Assembly: GCF_006345805.1 (NCBI RefSeq)
Contig: NC_042997.1
Span: forward strand, 1,178,001-1,242,000
From: Octopus sinensis
Taxonomy: Eukaryota
Direction: 5' to 3'
Length of the DNA stretch: 64,000 nucleotides
Positions 51,469-64,000 of the stretch are shown here, piece after piece. Within the stretch, counting starts at the first letter, position 1. Every line of letters begins with the position of its first letter. A model generated the notes under the pieces. The model did no database searches. It was given only the letters and a program-made list of their open reading frames with translations, and had not been told where the DNA came from. The position numbers were made by a program, and so were the translations under genes.

Positions 51469-54400
51469 ATACATATACAGGGAGAGAGAGAGAGAGGGAG
51501 AGGGAGGGAGAGAAAGAATGAAAGAGGGAGAGAGTCAAATCTACGTATAGGTTAGTATGTAGTTTGACAATAAAGGAAATTAGTTAATATCTCACAGTAC
51601 ATTACCTGATTGATGTGTACAGATAGAAATCTTACCAACGTTGAAAATAGAAATAAAAGCGAACTTCGCGAAGTAAGAAGGACAAATGGCTGAATTGCAT
51701 AGTAACAGTTGCTACATCTTTAATCCCAACATTAGTAACTGAAATTATGCAACTTTTGCGGTCTTTATAGGATTTGTATAATTACAGATATTTGTACTGT
51801 CTATATACAATTTAACAAGTAGTTGTTCCTTTTAGAGGCCATAACAAATCTATTGATTTTACTCTTATAATGATATGGATCCTTAAGTATCTCTAGATCT
51901 ATACCATTAGATTAAATAAATGTTTAATATTTACAGAAATCTAATGTGCGGAACTATGTGCATTATCTTGTCTGCAAAAGGAATTATCAAAAGCCGTAAA
52001 GTGAATTTAGTCAATTTTGCATTTGCTTTTATATAAAAATAATATTTACTTACATACATATAGCCACTATGATACATTAATGAATTTTCCTAAATCACTC
52101 TGATAATTTTGAATGATGAATATATTATAAGAAATTAGAACTGCCTGTATTGAAAATACGTCGAACTCCCATTCTGTAGCCGATAAATATTCATTGTTGC
52201 AGTACATCCTCCAAACTAACAAAAAAAATAAAAAATAAAAATAAATAAATAAAATATTGAATTTCTAAGCATTATGACCTCATTGATTTTTGTAGGGGGA
52301 ATTTTCAAAATTTGCAGTTGTGTAGATTATATTGGGATTAATTTTAGAGTTATACATTCATATAAGATTCATATTCTAATTGAGATTAAAACAAACAACA
52401 ACCACGACAACGTGATGGAAACCAAAATCAACCTAAACTGGTTGAAGTGCGAAACAAACTAACGCCTATTTAAAAACAGGTGTATAGAGTTCCCTATAAG
52501 CAAACTTTAAACAAAGATCAATAGCAGTTTACATTAAATTATAATTCTGAAAAGATAAAATCGAATCAATAAATATTTGGAATTTTGCAAAAGCCGTCTG
52601 TGTAATACAAACATAGCTTTGATGGTCTCACGTTTATGACATAGTCACCGTTTAACTGATTTATAAGGTTGACTTTCAAGCTTTTATCCTTTGGCTGACG
52701 AATCAGTTGATATATAGTGATGTAATTTTATTTCTCTGAAATGGTAACGTGTGACGTTCGCGTCATTGCTTTAAGCACCCATTTTACTAATACGAATCGT
52801 TTGAAGAAATTGCGATCACAACAAGAATAAATAACTCTTCTCTAAATATACAATCATACTATTAACGCTCGCAGCTCACTTAAACGTAAATTACGTCACA
52901 GACGAATTTGCTCACAGTGTAGTATACAGCAAAAATAATTTCGTTGACGAAAAGCATCCAATAAACAGCGTTTGTAAACAGGTTCAAAATTCAGTGACAT
53001 TATTGCCCACCTTTCATATATAACTCTTTTAAAGAGATTAGATATGCAAACAACTTGTTTTATGTATAAAGTTTCATTCACCACCACCGCAAAAAGAAAA
53101 CAAAATACAAAATACTGGCTGTTTCAGTGCTTGAGACTTTGTCGCACCCACGTTAACCTGAAAGTAATTCTTTCTGATTTTGGCTCAAGGCCGCAATTTT
53201 GAGACGAGAAACAGGTCAATGACAACGATTCCAATATTTGACAGTATTATATTTCATCGACTCCGAAAAGACGACAGGTAATGTTAGCCTCGGCAAGATA
53301 TCAAATCAGAATGTCATCTTCGTCGTCGACTTCTTCTCCATCGTTGTCGTCGTCGTCGTCATCGTCATCATCATATCATTTTATTTTCCTACTTTTTCTC
53401 GTCATCTTTTTATGAAATGGCATAGCTCAAAATAATACTAGTGGATGCACTATTGATGTACGAAATATTGTCTTCGAAACAACTGCCTGAAAGTTTGAAT
53501 TTATGAAATATTCAAATTTGTTAAATCTGCATTAATGCTCTGGATTGCTAATTAATGACATGCTTCAGCTGGCGTGCAAACAAAAAAATATTTCTTATAT
53601 AAATCCAATAGGTCTGATGACTGAGGTTCTGCTGCGGATGATAGCATATATTAAGTTTTAGAGTGTGTATGGTGTATAAATTACGAGAGAGAAAATGGGA
53701 ATATTTACTTACTCAATATATATTTAGTAAATTGAAGATCTAAATATATTTATATAATATACAAGGGTTGGAATCCGAAGTTATGCAACAATTACAGCAG
53801 TAAACCTGGGATTATTTTCAATTGTAATTTTTTAAGATCTAGTCTTACATACTGCGTACAAATATCGGAGAGAGATTTATAAAGATTATACAAATATCGT
53901 AGAGAGACTTATAAAGATTATATCAGCTGTAATAAAAATGTGCATTTTGCATATTAGATAAGACTGTGTTAAATTTAGCGCTGATCAAAATCCAATTTTC
54001 TACTTATCTAATTGCATAAATAATTTAATTCTGAATAGACAAAAACTATCGAACTGTAGTCGAATTATAACAGAATACCGTTAAATAAATGTAACCTCAG
54101 TTGCATAAAGTTCATTTAGATTTAATACAGATTATGCAGAGTACATTACATAATGTTTATTTATAAATATATTGTAGCACTATTTAATTTCATTATTTTC
54201 ACGGGCTTCTTTGATATTTTATCTTGCGAATTATCTGACCACCAAATCGGAACACACTACCAATCTTTTAATACTTCAAATACCTGTCGAAAAGAGGCTG
54301 CGTGTATAACAACGAATATTTACAAGAAAGGGCATTCGTAAACGTAGAAGAAGATGGATTATTCAAAGAATACTCACAGATGTTGTTTTATAAACCTAAA

Positions 54401-55927
54401 ATTATTAATAGATAATATATTTGATAGAAACTACTTAAATATACTGACAAAATCTAGACAAACAAAGAATTTATTAAATTAATAATAAAATATTCTGCCT
54501 TCGAAAAGATTAGTCGATTCTCGACATGATTCGTACTTGTGCAACGTCGGCAACGAGTCACACACTATACCGATCTTACTATTGAAACAATCACTAGATG
54601 CATATACCATATTGTATTCGAGTAGGTGTCAAATAATAACATATTAAAAAAAGTATCTCAATGATATTGATGTTTGACGATGAATATATTAAATCTGTTA
54701 ACCTTAAATTTCAGAGGCACGTGACTTAGGGATTGGTTAGGGATATTACAGCCATGATAGTAAGGTTGCTGTTTCGATTGGAAGACCAGGTGATGCGTTG
54801 TATTCATGATTAAAACGTTTCATTTCACGCAGCTTGAGTCTTCCCAGGTGGTAAAAATTTGTAATCCTGTGATGGAAAACGGCCTTATGAGCCTATGATT
54901 CAGAAGGAACTCTGATGGAAAACTGAATCAACTATTATGTAGTATAATCACAGAGTAAGTAATCTCAGTATTTTATAAATATTTTTTCATTTGCTTATGA
55001 TATGCCTACAAAATAGTGACACTCAAATCAGAAATTGTCTTCTCTCTATTTTGATGCTAATGTGGTGAAATGAACGCGAAGAGCCTAACTTATTAAATTA
55101 TATTTATCATTGTGCTACCGTTGTATTTTTCTCATTGCCTATGCTTAAAGTTTGTTTTTGAGTTTTCTACATTGAATTTGTTAACAATAATTCGAGATTG
55201 TTTACATTCGAATGACATCTTTGGGTAATTCAATTTTGCGATTTAAGTTTTTAAATGTGTTCTATATTCGTATTGATTTTCTATTGTATTACTTTCACTT
55301 GACACAAATAATACAGTCGATAACCAAAGGAAACCGCTCATACTGATTGATCTGCGAAACTGGATATATTCTAATCATATATTGATTAGGCAACGATAAT
55401 GATAATATACATATGTATTTACAAGTGATCTATAATGACCATAAAATATGTAATGAGCAGACATAAATAATGATTTCCAATAACATTTTACTAATAAATA
55501 ATCAGTTGTATAAATTTGCAATCATTTAAATTTTACAGATCTCTTGGAGACTGCATCAATACTACAATGAAAAAATTGTAATCATAATACTCGAATTCGT
55601 TGAAGACATTTATCGACGATTTGTTGAAATCAGCTGAGATGAAGTATTTCGGTGTATCAATACTATCTCACCATGAATAAATGTCATTAGAAATTTCATT
55701 GAAAATCGAATCAGTTATGTAAATGATCTCCATTGTTGAAATTGTGAGAATCAGCTTATGATTTGGGATATTTTTCCTTCGAAACTGAACGAGAAAAGGT
55801 AAAATCCTGCATAAAGCAGAAAAATACTTGTTTTCCTGTGAAATCTGATACTAATTTTGACATGCGAGAATGAAAATGCAGAAATAACGGTATAATCTGG
55901 AATACATGTATGTATACATATACATAC

Positions 55928-55974
<47 letters not shown>

Positions 55975-55975
55975 T

Positions 55976-56172
55976 AAGTGGGTTCCCTTTGCAAATATAC
56001 ATCCATCCTTAAGGGTGGATGCTACATTTAAGTGGCAAATATACTTTACGATATCGTGCAGCTACTGTTTATAACTCGCTCAGAGATTTATTATTGCTTG
56101 TTTATACTTTTTCGATATCAGTGACTTTTCGTCACTGGAAAAAGGATATATATTTGCAAAGGGAACCCACTT
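55976..56172. mobile_element. MITE-like fold-back element with 29-bp terminal inverted repeats
   Basis: aagtgggttccctttgcaaatatacatcc / ggatatatatttgcaaagggaacccactt (1 mismatch); no clear TSD. Confidence 0.6.
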
Positions 56173-56309
56173 TTCATTGACAGTCAGTGATTGTCACACG
56201 CAGATGACGGGTCAATACCCAGAAACTCGATTCCGTGTGTATCATGTCAGATTGAAGATGGGAAGGATGGCTTCCCTTTGCAAATACTGATAGGGCACAG
56301 AAAGTGTGT

Positions 56310-57110
56310 CAACAGCCAACTAGATGAGGTGTCCTCCTGGGGCTACACATGCGGTTGAAACCTGGGATTACAAGAACCTCACTGTCTCTCTTGTTCACCC
56401 GGTACTTTGTGGCAATATTTTGGTCCTGCATTGCAAACGGATAGCCTTCAAAGTGTGATGTGATATAGCAGTCTTGTGTCCAAGAGAGGGTGCACTTCGT
56501 GTCAATTCTACTGTCTTCTTCAAGCTTTCGAGCAACATACCCATGCTGAGTGCTTTCCATCCACCTCTCCCTCTGGGGTAAGAGAGCCAAGCTGTTTGGG
56601 GGCAGTATAGTTTGAGGAATTCACTACCAACTCGCGCAATGTTGCTTACATCACTTTTTAGGACTACAAAAATATATTTAGTTTTGCTGCTGTTACTTAG
56701 CAGGTGCTGCCCGAATGATGCCATACGACATTCGAAAGCCGTCTTCCCTGATCTCAAGCCTCTCCTACCTTCATTTTTCTTAGGTGAAAGTCTGTCAACA
56801 TCACTGTTTTTGTGGAAGTTCTCAGTTGTCAGAATTTTTCATATTTATTGAGTGGATTTCCTCTGTAGACCAATCAAGTATCACAAATGCTGGTATCAGT
56901 ACTGTACTGAAAATGCATCGTGGGATATTGTTTTAGTGCACGAGGAGTTCCAACGGCCCTATTTTCCTACGTGTGGTGAAATATTCTCGGGTCATTCTAT
57001 CTTTATTCACAGTGCCTTCATACGATACATTTTCGTCTATGCTTAGGTTCCAGTAACAATCTTGGTGTGGAATGGGGGAGATAGAGAGATTATTGATGCA
57101 CAGGTTTTGG
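56310..57110 (-). mobile_element. Decayed R4/Dong-like LINE fragment (post-RT region)
   Basis: Minus frames ..NFHKNSDVDRL..GRRGLRSGKTAFECR.. and SHFEGYPFAMQDQNIATKY. Confidence 0.65.
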
Positions 57111-57169
57111 ATTTGAGGACTGATTTGAGGACTGATACATTTCCATGACTGTATCAGCTGAAAATGTTA

Positions 57170-57475
57170 TTAATTCCAGTTGACTTTGGCATTAACACCT
57201 TTAGTCGAACGAATCGACCCCAGGACTTATTCTTTGTAAGCGTAGTACCTATTCTGTCGGTGTCTTGGGTCGAACCGCCAAGTTACATAAACACATCAAC
57301 ATCGGTTATCAAGCGATGGTAGGGGACAAGTATAGACACACAGACACAGACACAGACAAACAGACTTATAAACAGACCGCATACACACACACATACAGAC
57401 ACATACACACACGCACGCACACACACAAACATACACACACACAGACGCACACATACACACACACACACGCACACA

Positions 57476-57546
<71 letters not shown>

Positions 57547-57706
57547 GATGGGTTTCTTTCAGTTTCCGTCTACCAAATTCACAATGCTTTGGTTGGTCTG
57601 AGGCTACAGTGGAATATACTTCCCCAAGGTGCCATGCAGTGGGACCGAACCTGGAACCATGTGGCCGGAAAGCAAGTTTCTTACCACACAGCCACACCTG
57701 CGCCTA
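57170..57706 (-). mobile_element. SINE family B copy with an expanded internal (CA)/(TA) tract
   Basis: Both halves align to 60912-61320. Confidence 0.85.
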
Positions 57707-57740
57707 TATACATATATATAAGTATATATGTGTGTTTGTG

Positions 57741-57779
<39 letters not shown>

Positions 57780-58717
57780 CCTCATAACAGAAATTAAGTT
57801 ACAACAGATGTTTCAAATCGGTTATTGTTCAATGAATGAGCTGATTGTTTGATTCTTCTTTGGGAGTTTCTGTGAGTGTTAAGAGTCATTGACAATGCCC
57901 ATTTTGACGGGGAATATCTCATTCCATCTAATTTGATTTATACATTGTAAAATGTTTTGACAGCTTCGAATATGAATTGCTGTATTCAACATATCGACAA
58001 GAATAATCATGATGTATTTTTATTTCTATATTTTCTCATTATAAATAAGACTTATAATAATACTGATAATACTAATAATAATGGTTCCTAATACGCTAAT
58101 ACCGCTACTGATAAGTGTAATTATTTTTTCCTTATTACTAACCGTAGTAGTTGCATACGTTAGCAATTGCCAAAGCTTATTCTTTACTGATGACTACACA
58201 ATATTTTATGTCATTTCACATTTATCTCTTTGTAACAAAGATATATTTCCCGTGAGTATTTCTCTGCAAACACATCACCAAATCTCACATACAAGCACAA
58301 ACATACATTCGTTTACGCATAACACAACACAAAACGACCAATGCAGTGGAATACACATAGTTACAGTAAATGAATAAAGTCGATTTTTATGAACTTGTGT
58401 GTGGTTGTATTTATTGATATGTATACATGAAGCAAAAGTAAACCAGAATAAACACACACTAAATAATTTCTACGATTGACGCAAATATCGGTGACCATTT
58501 GTAAAATTATGCATTTTTCTATATATGTATGTATTCATGCACTAAAATATGTATGCATGCATTCATATGTACATTATATACATATATACACATACAAACA
58601 TACTTACATACATGCATACATACATACTTACATACATACATGCCTACATACATACTTACATACATACATGCAAACAACATCCATCCGTCTATCCATCAAC
58701 CCATCCATATATATATA

Positions 58718-58781
<64 letters not shown>

Positions 58782-58783
58782 AT

Positions 58784-58827
<44 letters not shown>

Positions 58828-59149
58828 ACAAGGTAAGATAAGATAGTGGTGTAACAATGCACCAATATTTACTGGAAATAGCAGTATATATACTGGCAAA
58901 ATATTATCGGGCAGCGAGAATAAAACATTTCATCTTACTTGTAGCAAAACATTAAATAGATGTACAACCCAGATATGGATAATCTAGGACCTAGATTTCG
59001 AACTTTAAAAATTAAGTTGTTTTACCGTAAATTTGATTAGTTCTCATCGGCTAGATTTACCTCGATAGAATCTGAAATATCGTTACATCAATACCAGTAT
59101 ATACTCGTCTGAAACGGACCGAGAACAGTGTAAAAGTTATTTATAATTT

Positions 59150-59720
59150 AACCTCATGGTGCTTTGTTTTACTGGGAAGCAATGCTAATGTAATAATTTT
59201 TTTCAGCACTAGCTGGCGAAGTCATTTGAATGAGAAATCGGAAAAGGCCCACTCGAGTAGAGAGTTATTGTTTACGGAGACATATCCTGGTCTAGGATAT
59301 GAAGGAATTTGCCCAAAGATATGTTGAACTTCATGGGGTCTCTTTCTGCTTTAATATGCTGTGGTGCAATGCTAAAGAGAGCGGGGCCAATTCAGGTGCA
59401 ATAATTGTGCCGTATTGTTGTTCTGAGAAATGCGAATGTGACATATGTCCTGGTCGGATAACACGGGGCCCAAGTCTTGGAGGTATCTTAAAGGTGATAC
59501 CAATATCATTTGGGCAATGATGATGAAATATTTTCCACATACTGCAGATGATGTAACGATCACGGCAACGTTGAAAAGAATAAAGTTTGAGCTTTTCTAG
59601 TCGCCCCTAATAGTCGTCCTGTAATGTCATGTATCGCTTTTGTAATTGACCTTTGAGGTAGTTCAACTTTCATGATACTTTGTTTCGTGTGGGCAGACCA
59701 AAGTGGACAACACTATTCAA
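59150..59720 (+). mobile_element. Possible highly decayed mariner catalytic-domain fragment
   Basis: Weak remnant HTADDVTITATLKRIKFELF, resembling PHTA..KLKFEVLPHP. Confidence 0.3.
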
Positions 59721-60143
59721 AGTGTGGGTCGGGAAAGTTCAAAGGTCACTAAATATAACTAAGGGTGCAAAGTTATCTATTTTGCAAGAAATAATAGTTT
59801 AACTGCTCTGCATGATATCACATTGCAGTAAGCAATTTGTATTGAATTTTTGTATACGTATTGGCATTCGAAAAATCATCCATAGATTTCTACAATAAGT
59901 ACATATATCCTGCCAGACGGGATTGCTCAACACCTGACGAGCGAGCACTCCTCATTGGCGAAAACTACAGAAATTAGCGACACTAAACGTGTAGACTGAG
60001 CGATACTTTCGTCGGTGATGGGGTGGTTACAATGTCTGTCAACATGTGTATATACATTTGCGAACTTAAGTTCTTTTCACACTTATTTGTAGCAATGTAG
60101 CTGTCTTGGCACCCTCAGTCTCATTTAGCGACTATTACACACA

Positions 60144-60186
<43 letters not shown>

Positions 60187-60911
60187 AACTCTCTCACACA
60201 TTCACACACACATGCTAGCAGAAAAACCGCCTTCAGGGCGGTCTTCTTCTAGCCACTCGATAATATTTCCCAATTCTAATATATTTTATATTTTACGTCT
60301 AATTATTTCTTTGTATAATAGAGCTCACCTACTCAATAAATATTGCTTTCATTATTTTCTCACACTCATAATCTCGTTTTTTTTTAGAATCAATCTGTTA
60401 TATACATTTATAGGTAACAGTTGGTAGAACTTACATAGGTGTGCATAGATAGATAGATAAATGGATCAATATAGCGATACACACACAGACACACAACCCT
60501 GGTGTTATGAGAACACATGGGAATGGCGTTTCCTTATTTATCAAATATACCCAAATTTAAAATGATATAATATAACGATATCATCCATTCGGTATGCGTT
60601 GAAATATGCTATTAATAAAAGAATTTAATTCCACACAAATATATGCTACTTTACACATAATCTACGTGTTAATTCTATTTACCGAAACTTGCTAAAAAGC
60701 ATATTTTGTTTTAAAGGAGTATTTCCTTGTAGATACAATTGTCATATAATATTGTTTCCATTTCTCTCAGCCAATATATTTACATTAGCCTTCTTTCGAA
60801 CTCTAGGTAATGCAACTTATAGCTGACCATGTCAGAAGAATTTTGGCAGAAGTTGTATTACAATTTGTTCAAAAGTCTGTCTCTGTGCCTTATTGCATGT
60901 CTAGGCAATTT

Positions 60912-61320
60912 ATTCTTTTACTCTTTTACTTGTTTCAGTCATTTTACTGCGGCCATGCTGGAGCACCGCCTTTAATCGAGCAACTCGACCCCGGGACTTA
61001 TTCTTTGTAAGCCCAGTACTTATTCTATCGGTCTCTTTTTGCCGAACCGCTAGCTGACGGAGACATAAACACACCAGCATCGGTTGTCAAGCAATGCTAG
61101 GGGAACAAAGACAGACACACAAACACACACACATACATATATATATACATATATACGACAGGCTTCTTTCAGTTTCCGTCTACCAAATCCACTCACAAGG
61201 CTTTGGTCGGCCCGAGACTATAGTAGAAGACACTTGCCCAAGGTGCCACGCAGTGGGACTGAACCCGGAAGCATGTGGTTGGTAAACAAGCTACTTACCA
61301 CACAGCCACTCCTGCGCCTA
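60912..61320 (-). mobile_element. Full-length SINE family B
   Basis: Head aggcgcaggagtggctgtgtggtaag..gggttcagtccc, internal microsatellite, 3' (taaaagag)n tail. Confidence 0.9.
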
Positions 61321-61324
61321 TAAT

Positions 61325-62599
61325 TGTTTACGTGTAAATGTGAATGGAAATTCCTTTTCTTGAGGTACATGTGATATTCTTAGGATTAGCAGAGTTGAAC
61401 CTGTTTAAGGACCAGAAGCAACCCCCGCCTCAGTAACATGATCATGTAAACTGACAATGATGTAGTGCGTTCCATTGTAATGTCCATTAGTAGCATCTAA
61501 ATTTCTCAAGCATTATGCAGCATTATTTCTTCAATTTGGGAATGTCTGGAAGAAAACCCTGATGGTGAAGGTTTGTGGATGAACTCGACTGGGTACAGTT
61601 TCCTTATCAACTGCATCTGAGGTTCTGTATATCTTTAGCTCACCAAGGATTCTGGTCAACAGAAAATCATTCACAAATTCTGCTGCTTCATTTTTCGGAA
61701 TAGCAATGGTTCTATTTTCAAGCCGCGCAGGGTTTGTGAAGTTATATACAAAATCTAATAGACCTGAATAAGTACCACTTTCAAGGCAAAGATGTTTGGG
61801 TAGTTTAATTTTGAATTCACCGACGCTTTGTTCAACAGAAATGTTACCATTTCCTACATCAAGAAGGTAGTTAGAAAACTCTCTTTCATCAGAATGCCCT
61901 TCTGTAAGAAGTCTTAGATTGGTTGTCAGCTCCACTACTTCCACAGTTATGATCTTTTTAGTGTTGCATCAACAATTTGTGATCTGACACCATTATTTTG
62001 AAGCAGAATATTCTCCTCTCGAGATATCCTAACTAGTCGGTCATGTGTAGCGGAAACAGAATCATGTCTACGTCTCAGTGCACATTCAGGCATCTGTTTC
62101 AGTCGCTTTGCCTCAGTTACATCTGATTCAGTTGCCCGTCTTTCTCTGTGCCGTCGTGCATTTGCTGCTAAATCTGATAATATTCTTTAAATTATGTCTC
62201 GTATCAAAGTTATATAGATATTATTAAATTATCATTAATGAAAATAGAGGCGAGTGAGAATGAATGAGAAACTGTTGCAAGTAAAACATAAAATGTTGCC
62301 TGCAACGGATTAAGAGTGTTTATTATTAAGCATTAAAATCTATTCGGTAGCGAATGCGATGAATATTTAAATTCATGAAGAACTGGACGCAGTGAATGCA
62401 ATGAATATTTAAATTTGCGAGAATGTGAAGTTAAAAAAATTCAAAAAACTTCAGAAATCGAAATTATAGGCAATCTCTAAGTACATGAATTTATAAAAAT
62501 ATTTCCAGACGGTCAAGCTTTTAATATTGCTTTCTTTCAGTATTTTTAGTAATTGTTATATACATAATTAAAAAACAGCTTTCTCCATTATAATATAGA
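61325..62599 (-). mobile_element. Internally deleted Helitron: 5' end and Rep N-terminus fused to Pif1 helicase C-terminal part
   Basis: 5' TC-tatattataat at 62599; LTTNLR..FSNYLLDVGNG..; MLLRNLD..GHYNGT..IPRI..FPF.FTRKQ. Confidence 0.85.
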
Positions 62600-62979
62600 T
62601 ACATGTATACACACACACATGCATACACATGCACATACACACACACACACATATATATAATTTATATGTATGTGCAGATTTATTTTATGAGTATCTGGAA
62701 CAGCCGTCATACATTTGATGTTGTTTTTAGTTAAGTGGTATGTGTGTTTCTATGTTCTCACTCAACTGCGGCATATTTAACACAGTTTCAAAAGTATACT
62801 ACATAGAACTGGTGAGGAATGGCGGTTATGATATTATATATACATACATATAGACAATTTTGTGTGTATTTATAAATAAATGGCAGTCAAATTTTATAAT
62901 ATAGAATATTAAAATCTGTCTGGTAAAGTAATATAATTTCGAATATAATTTGTGATGTTAGGAAGACATATATGCACGA

Positions 62980-63240
62980 GCTACAAAGGTGCGAATCGGT
63001 ACAAAAGATAGCTTAACCTAAAGTGTCATTTCGACTCGTAAGAGCCGCTTTCCTGGCTTCCGTGGCGTATAAATTCCCTGCGTTGACTGGATATCGAGTC
63101 CGCGCAGCATTGCTCATTTTTCTCAGCTCATTGGATTAGATCAACGCGAAATGAAGTGTTGTTTTGTTCAAGAAAACAATGTGTCGTCCGGTCCAGTAAT
63201 CAAAACCACAATCTGATAATCAACCCTCTAACCATTAAGC
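62980..63240 (-). mobile_element. Degenerate SINE
   Basis: ..aacgcgaaatgaagtgttgttttgttcaagaaaacaatg..ccggtccagtaatcaaaaccacaatc resembles the reversed head and core of the other SINEs. Confidence 0.5.
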
Positions 63241-64000
63241 CACGTCCTTCTACTTTAATGAGTGAGAGAGATATAGAGAAAAAGGCATATAGTAAAGAAG
63301 TAATGGTTTTTAAACTAAGAAAGAGAGAATGTGAGATTACTCTGTATGTGAAACTGCTTAAAGATTGAATATAAAATGCTGAAAATACTTTAATATCTCT
63401 TTTCATCACCGAGCAAGACCGAAATTTGTCTTTGCTTTCATTAGTAAAAATGAAAAGATTCGTTTCTCATTGCTGTGTCGTTGTTTTCAACTAAGACACT
63501 CAGCTGATATTACTGATGTTATCCCCCTTGTATGTTTTGTCTTGTAAACACTTGTTATACCTTGTTTAACGACATAGATATCTAAATACAATTAAACGAG
63601 GCTTTGCATGTGGTATATTGATCAATGTAGATCAAGAGTTATAATAGATAAGATATAAGAATAACTTCATACAGTAAAACATCATAGACGGTATGAATTG
63701 AGGAACATTATGGGCTTAGAGGTATGTAGAATTTTTTTTTTCCATTAAAGATGGCCTGAGTAGAAAGAATGGAGGGAAAGTAAATTATGTTAGCAAACGG
63801 GGAAGTTTTAAAAGAAAAAAATCTATTGATTGAGACAAGCTGATGCCTGAAAACCCACTGTTCCTGAAATATTGTGCATTATAGAGCAATTTCTACTCTC
63901 AGTTCTATTGTCTTCAGAAACAATTACTCCGTGAGATTGGTGCTTGGAATTCCGATATCTAAATGCGATTTTCTGTCAAATCATTTGTGGCGGAATTTTG

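Noticed and set aside
55672-55784. Possible 113-nt minus-strand exon (FRRKNIPNHKLILTISTMEIIYITDSIFNEISNDIYSW) with good AG/GT signals
   Set aside because: No recognisable homology or partner exons; cannot be supported without RNA data.
59925-60000. CTGACGA-gc..gc-GAAA hammerhead-like core
   Set aside because: Helix II is only 2 bp and there is no UH site in front of a helix I partner; at best a decayed motif.

Overview
AT-rich, microsatellite-dense animal genomic DNA. The SINE, RTE, R4/Dong, CR1, Penelope, Helitron and Tc1/mariner families look like those of a coleoid cephalopod, probably Octopus (inference from recall, not a database hit). I could not recognise any host protein-coding exon, and most ORF-track entries are translated microsatellites. 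The window is mostly decayed transposable elements. The main signal is a set of type I hammerhead ribozymes (HHRs) that the ORF track does not show. (1) A 489-bp-unit tandem array (about 2.3 copies, 14488-15598) carries an intact minus-strand HHR in each full unit, has a hairpin-rich non-coding monomer, and ends within 2 nt of the predicted self-cleavage site. It is a candidate retrozyme / circular-RNA retroelement. (2) A 1.6-kb near-perfect palindrome (44390-46010) has an outward-facing HHR near each end. (3) Two Penelope-like fold-back structures (121-490 and 15783-16793) are present, one with an HHR and one enclosing a GIY-YIG endonuclease domain. All sit next to (TA)n runs. Coordinates were read by eye and may be off by a few bases, more so for the ends of decayed elements.
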